Origin: the human T2T-CHM13v2.0 reference genome, Homo sapiens
DNA length: 64,000 nt
Assembly (NCBI RefSeq): GCF_009914755.1
Contig: NC_060930.1
Reading direction: 5' to 3' (one strand)
Shown: positions 46,884 to 61,125 of the stretch, one piece after another
How positions within the stretch are numbered: position 1 is the stretch's first letter
Layout of the letters: every line of letters starts with the position of its first letter
Translations under genes and position numbers: made by a program
Notes under the pieces: generated by a model
The model's input: only the letters and a program-made list of their open reading frames with translations
Database searches by the model: none
What the model was told of the DNA's origin: nothing

Positions 46884-48304
46884 CTATGGTTGTTATTTTC
46901 TTTTTTCCTATTCTTTTTTAATTTTTTCAACCGAGAAATAAAACTATCTGGATCTAGGTGCATATACAAATAAATTCAAAAGATATAGACTGAAACATAA
47001 GTCTCCTGTTTATCTTTATTTTCAGTCCCAGCTACCCAATTTCCCTCCCCCAGAGGCATCCTTTGTGTGTGCAACCTTATGTATGTGCAGATGTACATTT
47101 CATTTTTCTCATAATTGTCATACACTATATAATTATCTATATATTGCATTTATCACTTTATTATAAACATTGGAGATAACTATTAAAATACCAAACATGC
47201 CTCATTCTTTTTGATGACTGCATAGTATTTCTTTGATAGATATATTTTCTGCCTATTTAAAATACATTCTCAGCTGACTTTCTCAATCAAAACAAACAGC
47301 ATTTCCAAGGTAATCACTTCTCAGCCTGGATGAGGCTGAGCCTTTCCACTGCTCTCTCCCTCATTAAATAAATGGATACTCTTTTTCTACTTGAGGTAGT
47401 TAGATATGCCTCAACCTCTATGAAAACCTACTTTTCTCATGTTTTATACAGGTGTGGCCAAAGTGGAGCAGCTTATGTCTGTTGTGCAACTGGTGCATCC
47501 TGCCCCACCAGATCATATTTCACCAAGTTTTTCTCCTCTGATGAGCTATGCTAAAAATGATCAATTGGACACATGTTATGCCAGATGAAATGTGAGACAA
47601 CATTCATTAATCACAACCTTTGATTAGCGTATTCATTGCCTTCCTGTGACCTGTGGGCCATTATTCACTTTCTCAATTCTGCTGCACTGAGATTTCAGGA
47701 CTTGACTGGGTTCTCTCTATTTGCATTTCTAGAACCTTTCTTAAATTCTCATAGAAACAACTGGGAAATGCTTCTTGTTAAACAAGACTGTGCTTGCATT
47801 TGTCATCTAATTTCCAAAAATAAGTTAATAAAGCCATTCAGCTGTACGGTAATGATATCCTACTTCTTATGGTTGATTCCAAATGTGAGCTTAAGGGGAT
47901 AATAACCATGTTGAACTCATAATTTTTCACTTTGAATTTAAGAAGCTCTTTAAACATTAGTGATGGCCGCAAGTTCAGGTGACCTTCAGAATTCCCTTCC
48001 CTTTCCACAGTCTCTGTATCTAATCCATTCTTCAAACCCTAACTCATTGCCTCTCAATAGTCTTCAAAGATCTCCTCAGCCTGAATGAATAACGCCTCAG
48101 CCTTCCCTCCTTATGCAAGAGCTGACAGCATGGACCTCTACTTGGCTCTAATTTCCTTCAGTCTTGTTTTTGAGATATTTTTTCTATGCCAGTTGCACAT
48201 ATCTCTTGAGAATCAGAATTGAGTGTGGTACCCTTTATTCACAGAGTAGATCAATGTCAATGTCCACAGGGTACAGTAATAATCATCAGACATTCAGCCT
48301 CTCA

Positions 48305-48540
48305 GATAGTAATAGTTAACATTTGTAGAACGCTTACTTCATATGCACCAGGTATAATTTAGAGAATTTGACAGGAATTATATGCACCAGGTATAATTTA
48401 GAGAATTTGACAGGAATTATCTCATTTAATCGTCATAATATCTTTTATGTAATAGGTATTCTTATTATTTCCATTGTATAGAAATAAAGAAAGACAGTTG
48501 AAGTCACTTGCCTAAAGTCACACAGCCAATCAGACTTCAG
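48305..48540 (-). mobile_element. MIR containing a perfect 39-bp tandem duplication (48341-48418)
   Basis: atatgcaccaggtataatttagagaatttgacaggaatt x2. Confidence 0.8.
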
Positions 48541-49060
48541 ATGATGTGATCTTCCACACTAAGGTACCTGTCTCCTCGTGAGCCCCAAACTCTAGGAAAT
48601 GAATAAAAACTCAGCCATCGACCTTGAATAATTCAGAATTTTAATTAGATTTGCAAGTTTAGTCAATAGATTCTCTCAATGGCCTTCTAATTCAGCACCC
48701 TGCTTTTGTCCTGGAGGTGTTTCCAAGAGCTAGTGTGATTCTGTTAAAAACTAAATCAGTTCTTGGCCCCAAACTTTCCAATGACTTTTCATCTCACTAG
48801 AGTAAAAGCTAGAGTGCAGATAATGGCCTATGAAGCCAAACAGTGTCTTTCCCACCACCATGCCTCTCTGACCTACTGTCCTACTCTCTCTGTCCTTAGC
48901 TCTCGTGCTCAGCCATGTTGCCTCCCTACCGTTCTAAGTCAGGCAGGCATGCTTCTGCCTCCCACCCTTTCCATTGACGTCCCCCTGTTTGAAACTCTCT
49001 TCCCCTAGTTAGTTATCCCACAATCTTCTTTGGATTATGACCTGAAGGGACACTTCTCAG

Positions 49061-51075
49061 GCTACTGACTGTGATGGAATGACTAGTTTCAGACTATTTC
49101 GTCTCCTGTAAACAATTAGAAAACAGGACAAGGTATGTGAAGCAAGATAGTTTTCAGACAATGGAAAATAAACAACACCAGACTGCAAAAATGGGGAGAG
49201 GGGAGTGTGAGGTGAGCCCCACAGTAGTCCAGCTGTCTGCCTGGAGACTTGAGTTTGAGCAGAGCACAGGACTCTTGCTGGGCTGAAGAGGCAGGGATCA
49301 GAATCTGAGGCAACTGAAATAGCTGGAATCTGTGCAAAGACAAAGCCCTAGAAGTCCTTGCATGCGTATGGGAAGCCCCTCCCTCAGTCCACGGCTGAGG
49401 GCTTGACTGTATATGTGCAGGGAAAACCATCAGAGGCTTGCCAGATGTCAGCTGCTATGAGGTTGAGACTGAAACAGTATAACAGAGGTTGAGAAGTTCT
49501 GGGTGTAAATATGCGAACATTTAGATTAAAATTAAAATTGAGTTCCTCAGTCACACTAGTCACATTGAAGTGTTCAATAGCCACATGTGGCCAGCAGCTG
49601 TCCTATTGGATGGTGCAGACACAGAACACTTTCTTCATTGCAGGTACTATTGAAGAGTGCTGAGCTAGAGCTTCTACAATGTAACATTCACAATGCCCAG
49701 TATTCAATGATAAATCACTAGACATAAAAACCAACAAAAACCATACAAGGGTAGTGTAATCCATAGTAAAAAATGAAAGCAAAGGAACTATTCTAAGATG
49801 GACCAAATGTTGGATTTAGAAAATAAAGACATTAAAACATATATGTTTTACAATATATATTCAAAAAATATATTAATTAATTAGAGACAAATGGCCCTAA
49901 GTTGTGAGTAAATGAGGAATTTTTAGTAGATAAATGGGAACCCTAAAAAGAAACAAATGGAAATTCTAGAATTGTGCAATGCCTGAAGTGAATCATTCAT
50001 CGGAAGAGCTTGCCAGCAGGTTGGAGATGATAGAAGAAAAAGTGAAGTTGGAGACACAGCAGTAGAAAATATCAAATCTGAAGAACAGAAATAAAAAATA
50101 TTAAGGAAAAAATGAACAAAGGGTCAAAGACCTATGGAACAATATCAGACAGTCTAACTTACGTCTATTTGGTGTCCCAGAAGGAGGAGAGAGAGAGAGA
50201 GAGCAGAAAAAATATCTGAAGAAATAGTGGCCAAGAGCTTCCCAAAATTTTAAAAAATGACTTAAAAATCCACGAAGCCCAAGTAAGATGAAGATAAAGG
50301 AAGCCCCACCTAAGTACATCAGTCAAATGACTGAACACTGAAGATAAAGTAGAATGTTAAAAGCAGCCAAAGAAAAAGACACATACAGAGGAACAAAGTT
50401 AAGAATTATTACTAGTGCTCATCAGAAACAGTAGAGGCTAGAAGACAATGAAACAACATCTTTGGAGATGTAAAAATCCTATTCACACAGAATTCTATAT
50501 AAATTGAATAAAAATAGTCTTCAAAATTGAAGGTGAAATGAAGACATTTTCAGATAAGCAAAATCTGAGAAGATTCATCACAAGCAGATCTGAACTACAG
50601 GCAATGCTAAAGGATGTTCTTCAGTATAAAGAGAATAGTACCAGGAAGAAACCACACAAAGAATGAAGAGTAATAGAAACAATAAGTAACTGAGTAAACA
50701 AATTATAAAACATTCATACAATAGACTCAGTAATAAAAAAATAATGACTGATAAATGCAGTAACATGGCTTCAACTAACCAAAGGAAGCCACATTCAAAA
50801 GACTTAACATGCATAGTTGCATATTAAATTCTAGGACAGGAAAAACTAACCTATAATGATGTAAATAGTATCTGTGGTAGCTTGAGTGGGAGTAGGAGAC
50901 TAAATATGAAAAAGAAAGAGGGACGTTTCAAGGAAATGGAAATTTTCTGTAGCTTGATTAGGGTAGTGGATGTATACATTAGTCAAAAGCCACTCATCTG
51001 TACACTTAAAATGTGGGAATTTTACAGAAGATAAATTACACCATGGTAACATTGGCTGAAAAAAAAAACCTTAAA
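49061..51075 (+). mobile_element. Ancient L1M-type element (5' region, ORF1 relic, 3'UTR) with nested MER3-like MITE (~49520-49668), inside an L2
   Basis: ORF1-like gacctatggaacaatatcagacagtctaac...ggtgtcccagaagg...tgaagaaatagtggcc; L1ME-like 3' end and A tail at ~51060. Confidence 0.6.
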
Positions 51076-51087
51076 AAAGGTAACTTC

Positions 51088-51650
<563 letters not shown>

Positions 51651-52237
51651 TTTACCTTCTTTACTGCTATCAGATATAAGATGAGTAGACAGGCTAAAAT
51701 CATACTGTGAAACTCAATATGCTGTGAAACTCAAGACACCAGATTTTAGTCTAATTCCAATTTACAGGGCAAGAAACCTAAGTAAAAGGGTATTAAACAT
51801 AGACTAAATACACGGGCCAGCAGTTGGCATGCTATGTGAGGTGCTTCATCTAGGCTCTTGGGTGAACTATAGATGTTTACAATAAAGGTAACCAGATATC
51901 TGTCTGTACTTTATCCATTGGAAGATAGGACTGTTTTAGAGAATTAGGATAAGGGGGAGAGAAGTGAAGTTATTTCTCAAGAGACAGGGTGAGTAGGCTG
52001 CTATCTATCACCAAGCAATCTACTACATCCTGGCCTCTTTTAAGTTTTCAGTGAATTAGTAAGTCTAAACTCTTAGGTGTAGTGGGCTCATGACACTTGG
52101 GTTGCATACATCTCTGGCTACAAAAATGTGCTGATAAGAATATGTGATAGACATAATATTCTAACATGAATGTGAGCGCAATTCCACAGTTAGAAATCTC
52201 ACATAACATCAAATTCCAGAGAGTTAAAAAAATTCAC

Positions 52238-52282
52238 CTGGTCCACTCTGTTGGAAAGTCCCCGTTGTTGAAGATGTTTATC
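52238..52282 (-). other. Candidate 45-nt symmetric exon
   Basis: gccctctttctccag|GATAAAC...GGACCAG|gtgaat on - strand; two open frames. Confidence 0.35.
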
Positions 52283-53809
52283 CTGGAGAAAGAGGGCACC
52301 TTCAAAGTGGCGAAAGGCTAAGATAGGAGTGTGGACAAAATATCAGCAGCATCCCATGGCAACACATTCCTGTCGTAAGCATCACACTCTTCCAAAGAAA
52401 AGATCAAGCTGCATTTAAGTTTCAGGTGGGGCATGTTTATTTCAGGTAAGCAGTTGATAAAATAAGATTCCAATCTACAAAGTCATGTGGATGACTCTGC
52501 AGTGTGTGACCTCAATGCCACCTCCTTCGGGGCAAACTCCAGCCTATGGCTGATCTCTACTGCACCTAGATGGCATAGCACATGCTTTAGCATGTGACTA
52601 CAATCTGCTTGGTGCTGTGTCCAGGTTGTTAGCCAGCACTGCGCCTCTCCTCCTGTGTCCATCATGAGCATCAGCCTCTCCAGCCCTGATGTTCAGAACA
52701 CAGTTACCTTATCTCCTCATTTGCTTTTATTACTAAAAATCCCTTTCATTTCTTGTTTTCCCATCTCTCTTTCTTTTCCCCTACTCTCCACCCATTACAG
52801 AGTCAGTATTCAAAAAAAAGTGGAGATTGGGAACAGGTGTGGAAAAGAGTCGAAGTACTCATACTTCTCATTTCAAGCCCTTCTGCTGGTTAAAATTATA
52901 AATGCCAGGAGTCAGCCCTTTCAACAAAAAGGAAAGGAATCTGGGGGAATTCTTGTGGAAGTAGAGAAGATATTATGGAAGAAAGGTATTTTTGTAAGAT
53001 CTTGTCTAGAATAGGGCGGTGGAGAAGAGGGCTTAGAAAGAGGGACCGGGGTGAGGCAGGATGAGAAGGGGAGTGAGAGTAAGAGAGAAAATAAACTTAC
53101 AGATTCTTAGAGAAGAAGGAGGGAGAAGAAATCCACCCAAGGGAATATCAAAGATAACTCAGCAGGGAAGAGCTGGGGCTAGGGAATGAGAGATGAAGAT
53201 GAGCTGATTTAATGCTTTAAATCTAAGCCAAGAAAACTGAGTGACAAGGAACTGTGACATCTGTGACTTATTTTGACAGTGTCTTGTTTTGGGCAGTGTG
53301 AGGGAGTGTCAGGGTTTTGAGTTACTTGTACATGGAGCTGTCTTGGTTCTCAGGACAGCAATAGAAGAGATGGAGCATCGAGCAAGACAGCAGGTGAGAG
53401 AGAGAGAGTGTGTGTGTGTGTGTGCTACATTTGAACACCTTAAAGGAGACTCACCTCCTGCCAACTATATGTGGAGCCAGGATCTCCGCACATCCCTATG
53501 CTGTGATAGCTACAGGGGATCGTGGCTTCACTTCCAGGGGAACCTTAGATCATACAAGATGGGAACTGCTCTTAGCTCTCCTGTCTTCCGCCACCAAGTT
53601 TCCAAAGAGACTTCCTGGAGTAGGAATGATCTTTTCACCCTCATCAACACTGGTAGAGGACTTTTCTCTGAGTAGAAAGTACATGACACATCATGCATTG
53701 GTTGCAAACACCAATACAGTAGGAAGTAAAGCAGCATTTTAGCTGAGATCGAAGGCCAAGTCAGTGTGAGAGACAGAGCATAAACAATTTCCAAGTTTAT
53801 CTTGTACCA

Positions 53810-54170
53810 CCATTCCCTGGCTCATGCCTTGCAGGCCAACTGGCCTCCTGGTTGTTCCTCGAACACAACTTCTGCACCTGCTCTGTTTGCGTAAAAGCTC
53901 TGATCTCAGACCTCCAGGTACTCTGCCCCCAGGACCTCCCTATCTAAGGCATCTCCTACAACACCATGTCTCATTTTCAGGTTCTTCATGGCACTTGCCA
54001 CTCTCTGACATGGTCTAGCGTGTTTATTTATTTATTTGGCTTTTTTGTGTCTCCACCATTAGCATATAAGCTCCATGATAACAGGGATCTTGTCTATTTT
54101 CTCCAGCACTGGGGACAGTGTCTGGCACACAGAAAGTCTTCAGAAGATGCTCTTTGAATGAACAAACATG
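53810..54170 (+). mobile_element. L2 3' end
   Basis: aagctccatgataacagggatcttgtc...acagtgtctggcacacag...tgaatgaa. Confidence 0.7.
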
Positions 54171-55067
54171 GCTGTGAATGTAATATTTGTACCTTTTATG
54201 TTCCATGGAAGGGTTTTGTTCTGCACTAGGTACTGATTCAGTACATTCTCCCAGTCCTACTATTCCATGTCATGATGGTGGCAGCCCTTAACTGACTAAA
54301 GAATGTGGGAGACCAGTGCTAACAGTTCAAGACCCACCCAAAAGAGCAACGCTGTTAATTAAGGGAACAAATGTCTGTGGTTCACTTTCGTTGTACTGTT
54401 ATAAGAAGGCTCGGAGGCCCCCCCCCCGAGGTGAGTGGAAAGCCCTCTCTTTACTGGGTAAAATAAACCCAATTATGATGGATACACTAGAATTCCCAGG
54501 CAAAGATGTCTTGGCTCTGTCTTTGATTCATCTCCATAGTTTCTGTTTGAGGCTGGTCTGGACTCTCATCGGGGAAGGAGGGGGCTGGGGAGGACTGGAG
54601 TTATAGATAGGATCTGGACTGACTGCTGGTTGAGCAGCCACTTTCAACTTTTCAAGGCTCTTGACTTGCTTTGATCACTCAGCCAGTAGCTGCTTAGGGC
54701 AGCAACCCTGAATTTGTGCTTAGTAGGGGGCTGGCTCATGGGCACCCATGTGGAGAGGATGTGCAAACCTCTTTTCTCTGTGGGAGCTCATGCTCAGTTG
54801 GCTTCAGCCCAGAGCATCTTAGTCAGGACTGGCCTGAAATTTGTGTTGTGAAAGGTCAGCCAGCTTCTCCTGTTACCTGCTCCCCAAACTCCATTTCTAT
54901 GCTCCAACCCCTTCCCCTCATCCTTCATGTATCTCCATGGGCTAAGAGGCCCCAAAGCACAACTCACCAGCCTGCTCTCCTCAGCCCTCTCCACCATCCC
55001 CTCCACTCTCCAGCTTCACCTCAGGTCCTTGTGTTTCCACCAGAAGAGCAAGCCCAAGAGGTGCAGG

Positions 55068-55117
55068 GTGGAGAGGAGCACTGGGGTACAAAGTGGAGAG
55101 GAGCACTGGGGTACAAA
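55068..55117. repeat. Perfect 25-bp tandem duplication
   Basis: gtggagaggagcactggggtacaaa x2. Confidence 0.95.
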
Positions 55118-55225
55118 GATCGGATGTCTGGCCACTTCTTTTTATTTTCATGAGCTGCAACTTTGGGCAAGTCACTTCTCTCTGAGACTCAATTTCTTTA
55201 TTTATAAATCTGGGATAAAAATCCC

Positions 55226-57877
55226 CAGCCTCCTACAAACCAAAAAAAGCCAAGGACCAGATGGATTCACAACCAAATTCTACCAGATGTACAAAGAAGA
55301 GCTGGTACTGAAACTGTTCCCAAAAATTGAGGAGGAGGGACTCCTTCCCAACTCATTCTATGAAGCCTGCATCATCCTGATACCAAAACCTGGCAGAGAC
55401 ACAACAAGAAAAACAAAACAAAACAAACAAACAAAAATAACCACTTCAGGCCAATATCCTTGATGAACATTGATGCATAAGCCCTCAGCAAAATACTAGC
55501 AAACCTTTCCAGCAGCCATCAAAAAGCTAATCAACCACAATCAAGTAGGCTTTATCCCTGGGACTCAAGGCTTGTTCAACATGTGCAAATCAATAAATGT
55601 GATGGGTCAAATAGAACTAAAGACAAGACCCACGTGATCATCTCAATAGATGAAGAAAAAGCTTTCAATAAAATTCAACATCCCTTCATGTTAAAAACTC
55701 TCAACAAACTAGGTACTGAAGAAACATACCTCAAAATAATAAGAGCCATCTGTGACAAACTCACAGCCAGCACATCACTGAATGGGCAAAAGCTGGAAGC
55801 ATTCCCCTTGAAAACTGGAGCAAGACAAGGATGCCCTCTCTCACCACTCCTATGCAACATAGTATTGGAAGCTCTGGCCAGGGCAATCAGGCAAGAGAAG
55901 AAATAAAGGGCATCCAAATAGGAAGAGAGGAAGTCTATCTCTGTTTGCAGATGACATGATCCTATAGCTAGAAAACCCCATAGTCTCTGCCCAAACACTC
56001 CTTGAGCTGATAAGCAACTTCATCAAAGTTTCAGGATACAAAATTGATGTACAAAAATTACGAGCATTCCTATACACCAACAACAGTCAAGCTGAGAGCA
56101 GAACACAATCCCATTAACAACTGCTACAAAGAGAATAAAATACCTAGGAAACAGCTAACCACGGAGGTGAAAGATCTCTGCAATGAGAACTACAAAACAC
56201 TGCTCAAAGAAATCAGAGATGACACAAACAAATAGAAAAATATTCCATACTCATAGATAGAAAGAATCAACATCATTAAAATGGACATACTGCCCAAAGC
56301 AATTTACAGATTCAATGCTATTCCTATCAAACTACCAATGACATTCTTCACAGAATTAGAAAAAACTATTTAAAAATTAGTATGGAACCAAAAAAAGAGT
56401 CTGAATTGCCAAAGCAATCCTAAGTTAAAAGAACAAAGCGGGAGGTAACACACTACCCAACTTCAAACTATACTACAGGGCTACAGTAACCAAAACAGCA
56501 TGGTACAAAAACAGACACGCAGGCCAATGGAACAGAATAGAGAGCTCAGAAATAAAGCTGTGCACCTACAATCATCTGATCTTTGATAAACTTGACAAAA
56601 ACAAGCAACAGGGAAAGGAGTCCTGTTCAATAATGGTGCTGGAATAACTGGCTAGGCATTTACAGAAGATTGAAACTGGATCCCTTCCTTATACTATATA
56701 CAAAAATCAACTCAAGATGGACTGAAGAGTTAAATGTAAAACCCAAAACTATAAAAACCCTGAAAGACAACCTAGGCAATACCATTCTGGGCTTAGGAAC
56801 TGGCAAAGATTTCATGACAAAGATGCCAAAAGCAATCTCAACAAAAGCAAAAATTGACAAATGGGATCTAATTAAACTAATGAGCTTCTGCACAGCAAAA
56901 GAAACTATCACCATAGGGAACAGACGACCTACAGAATGGGAGAAAATATTTGCAAACTATGCATCTTACATCTGTCTAATATCCAGAACCCATAAGAAAC
57001 TTTAACAAATTTACAAGAAAAAACAACGCCATTAAAAATTTGGCAAAGGACATAAAAAGACACTTTTCAAAAGAAGACATACATGTGACCAACAAGCATA
57101 TGAAAAAAGCTTAATGCCACTAATCATTAGAGAAAGGCACATCAAAACTACAATGAGATACTATCTCACACCAGTCAGAATGGCTATTAACAAAAAATAA
57201 AAAAATAACAGATGCTTGCAAGATTGTGGAGAAAAGGGAATGCTTATATACCATTGGTGGGAGTGTAAATTAGTTCAACCATTGTGGAAAGCAGCGTGGT
57301 GATTTCTCAAAGGCCTAAAGACAGACATACCCTTTGACCCAGCAATTCCATTACTGGGTATATACCCAAAGAAATAGAAATCATTCCATCATAAAGACAC
57401 ATGCACATGTTATGTTTATTGTAGCACTATTCACAATAGCCAAGACATGGAATCAACCACAATGGCCATCAATGATAGACTGGATAAAGAAAATGTGGTA
57501 CATACACACCATGGAACGCTATGCAGCCATATTAAAGAATGAGAGCATGTTCTTTGCAGAAACATGGATGGAATTGGAAGCCATTATCCTCAGCATACTA
57601 ATCGGGAACAGAAAACCAAACACTGCATGTTCTTACTTATAAGTGGGAGCTAAATAATAAGAACACATGGATAGATGTGGGGAAACAACACACACTGGGA
57701 ACTAACTGAGGGTGGAGGGTGAGAGGAGGGAGAGGAGCAGAAAAAACAACTAATGGGTACTAGGTTTAGTACCTGGGTCACCAAATAATCTATACAAAAT
57801 CCCTCATGACATGAGGTTACCTATGTAACAAACCTGTATATGTACCCCTGAACCTAAAATAAAAGTTAAAAAAATAA
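55226..57877 (+). mobile_element. 5'-truncated older L1PA (about L1PA14-16), RT to 3'UTR, next to a MIR
   Basis: QGPDGFT, QGCPLSP and downstream ORF2 fragments; 3'UTR gagaggagcagaaaaaacaactaatgggtactagg...gaacctaaaataaaag. Confidence 0.92.
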
Positions 57878-59326
57878 TCCTTGGCCTATCTAGCTTAGAG
57901 AGGCTCTTAGTTTGAAAGAGACAATGGATGGTGTGCAAATTGAAGGTCACATTATCCTTCTAGGCTGAGATGTTCATAGTTCACAGTTCTTCAGGAGCTG
58001 GCCTGGGCAATACAGTTTGATCTAATACACAATAAACTAATTGACAATTGGCTGTTAATGGCCAAAGAGTGCAAGGGTTATACCATTTACATGGCATATA
58101 AAAAAGGTACATATATATCTCCAATCTTTTCATGTACATCCAGTCCTAAGGAGGAAATTATTACAGGTACAGGATTTCAGTCTGACCTCAAGAGGCAACA
58201 TCTTATGGGAAAAGAGGCTTTTGAACACTTAAGCCGTGGTTTTGACAATTGTCCTTTTGGCCATGCTCAAGGGTATACATACAAAGTCTTGTATCATCTG
58301 GGCAGGGCCAAAGATGCTACCACAGGCCACCATCACCATTACATAACTCATTATTTTGCAACTCTTGCCTCATCCAAACTGTGTTTTTCTCTCAGTTCAG
58401 TTTCTCTTTCAAAGGACCTGATTACAAATTGCAAAGGCCAGGCAGACCTGGGCAACCCCAAACAGAAGTCTCATCATCTGCTTTGGCAACTTCCTCCGTG
58501 ACTAACTGTGGGAGCAGAAATACAGACTCACAGACTCTCAGAGTGGACAGGATCTTAGAGGTCGGCGAGCTTGGTCTTCCCTCAATGTCACTGGTACATC
58601 AACACAATGATTGGCTTATTGAGCCCCTACTTAGTGCCAGAGGTCATGGTGGGTGCTGGAGGGGATATGACTAAGACACTGAACAAGGCCCTGCCGCTGA
58701 CCTCACAGTGGGGAGACAGGTGAGTGAGCAAGTGGTCGGGATGCCCTGATACACATAGCGTAGGTAAACACTCGGGGGCTCATGTCAGGGAGTGTCAACC
58801 AGGGTCGGGGGGTGGTCAGAAAGGCGTCTTGACAGAGGTGCAGTCTTTCCACACCTCCTTGTCTTTCTTGACATATAATCGACAAACACAAATTTATACA
58901 TGGTAATGTGTACAACTTGTTTTATATATACATTGTGGACGCCACAATGATCAAGCGAATCAGCATTTCTATCACCTCACAGAGTTGCCATTTTCTTTTG
59001 AGAAGTGGATTCTTAAAGGGAGAAAAGAAGTGAGCTGGCAAGAGATTCACAGGTGGAAGGGAGATGTTCCAGGAAGAGTTTACAGCATGTGCGAGGGACA
59101 TGAGCCAGAAAGGAAGAGAGATGGGAAGAAGGAAGGGAGAGACAGAGAGGGCCAAGTGACCAGGACCAGGACCAGGAAAGAAAGCTGAGCTCTTTGCATA
59201 TTTAGGGAACTGCCAGGAGTCCCCAGGCTGGAATGTGAAGTTCAAGGCCTGGAGCAGAGGGAGCTGAGACTGGAACAGTAGGATGGACCAGTTCAAGAGG
59301 GGCTTCATGGAGCTGGGGCTTCATCC

Positions 59327-59845
59327 TGATGGGGTTCAGGACATATTGCCCCTGAAAATAGAAAATTGGCATTTGAGAAAACAGCAAAAGCAGAAAGGCC
59401 ACTCTCACCTTCCCTTGTTCTACCCTTCTCTCTGAGGCCGGTCATCAGTCCCAGGAAGGATTTCCTGACTTTCCCCTGAAGTAGGACATTGGACCCTGGT
59501 GTGAGTGATGCCCGCATACTCAGAGGAAAGGAACATCCTTTTTCTGAAGACACAAGGACACAGAGGAGAATCTGAGCCAACAGATGTGGTGACATTCCCT
59601 CCAGGTTATCACCCGCTTTGCTCGGTCATGCCTCTCCATGACTGTCCACTCTTCATCCAATCGAGCATAGCAAATACACAGGTTTCCCTGTTTCTCTGGT
59701 TCTTCATTTCCCCTCAAAGGCTTCTGTGTCATGTAAAACTTATATTCTATGCGTTTGTATGTTCTTCTCTTGTTCATCTGTCCTTCATTATAGGGGCCTC
59801 AGCCATGAATCTAGCAGTGGGTGAAGACATCTTGCCAGCCCTACA
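59327..59845 (+). mobile_element. MER39-like ERV1 solo LTR
   Basis: tgatggggttcaggacat...ggcatttgagaaaacagcaaaagcagaaagg...ccctaca. Confidence 0.7.
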
Positions 59846-60489
59846 ATTCCAAAAGCAACAAAGGACTCTTGAGGGTTGTGAGCAACACAGTCATTGGGGA
59901 ACACCAGATGGCTACTGAGGTTTCTCCAGTGGTCCACAGGTGCCAGCTTCTTTCACTGTAAGGTGGGTCAAGTGGTTCACCCGTGTGTGTTCAAGTGGGG
60001 CCCAGAGCTGCCTCCACAGGCAGGGTCCCTTTCCAGTCTCCCTGCTCTTTCATGGGCCACGTTCCCAACCTCTGAAGACTTTCTGAGCCTACCCTACCCC
60101 AAGTTTCCTTTTCTTCAGGGTTAACATGTCTAATCCCTTCTCCATTTCTCTAGAAAAGTGAGTTGTCTACACCACAGGCATTCCTTCAGCCTCTGGGTGT
60201 AGATGGAGCATACAGATCTTGTCCTCATGGGCAGTGTAGATGTTTACAGACACTGAGCCCACTTGATCTGCTGTTTCATGATCCAACTCAGACATTTGCT
60301 CTTTGGTTAACTCATTCACCCACAGCCGCTCGGTGGCCGGCCTTTTTCTCTTCTGTTTTGCCCATTCCCCTGAGAACATACACTTTTTATATTGCTTTGG
60401 TTAAGCCTCAAGCATAATCATTTGGTTTCTTTATACAGCTTCTTTCTCTGAAGCTAGGACTACCCTAGTTTAGATACCCTAATGTCCAC

Positions 60490-60920
60490 CAGCAACATGG
60501 CATCATGGTAAGGAATGGTCCTGCCAGTCAGAAAGACCAGAGTTTAAATTTTGGCTGAATTATGTAATACTTGTGTGACTTCAGGCAAGTGATTGAAACT
60601 CTTTGAGCTTCTGTTTCTTCATCTCTATAAGGCCATCAATATCTAGCTTTGTGAGCTGTGAAGATCTCAGTTAATACAGGTAACATCCTTGGTGTATAGT
60701 AGCACAAGAGATCCAATGCCTATTAAAAACAGAAGTGACAGCGGTAATAGCAATCATGATCTCGCTTTTCTACTTATAATCTGGGTCTCATTATTTAATC
60801 AGAGCCTCAGTTTCTCCATGTATTAAAAAAGAATAATAGCAACTCTTTGGCAGAGTTATTTGAGGATTCAATGGGATAAAAGCACATGTGGCACACAGTA
60901 GGCTCTTCAAGCACAAATGT
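60490..60920 (+). mobile_element. MIR fragments
   Basis: gtgtgacttcaggcaagtg; gagcctcagtttctccat...tgaggattcaatg. Confidence 0.65.
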
Positions 60921-61125
60921 GTCCTTGGCTTTTGCCCTCCAGTGGATTCTCCTGCCCTCTTGAGCGATCACCTTTGCTGCTAGGCTTTCGCCTCCATCTC
61001 CAGATGTTCCTGTCGGGGTCCCAGGCTCTTTCTGGGTGAACATCCTCTGAGAACATCAGGATCCCCTTTTTGGTTGACCAAGATCAAAGAGTTATTTTTC
61101 TGTCCCTGTTTTTCTCTTTCCTGGC

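Noticed and set aside
47391-47414. TGAGGTAGT (let-7-like 5' end) in a small hairpin ttgagg...cctcaa
   Set aside because: The stem is only ~6-7 bp, far too short for a pre-miRNA, and the sequence diverges from let-7 after 9 nt
58058-58674. Overlapping 147-aa and 141-aa ORFs in unique DNA
   Set aside because: No recognisable domain, promoter or exon structure; lengths are within chance expectation
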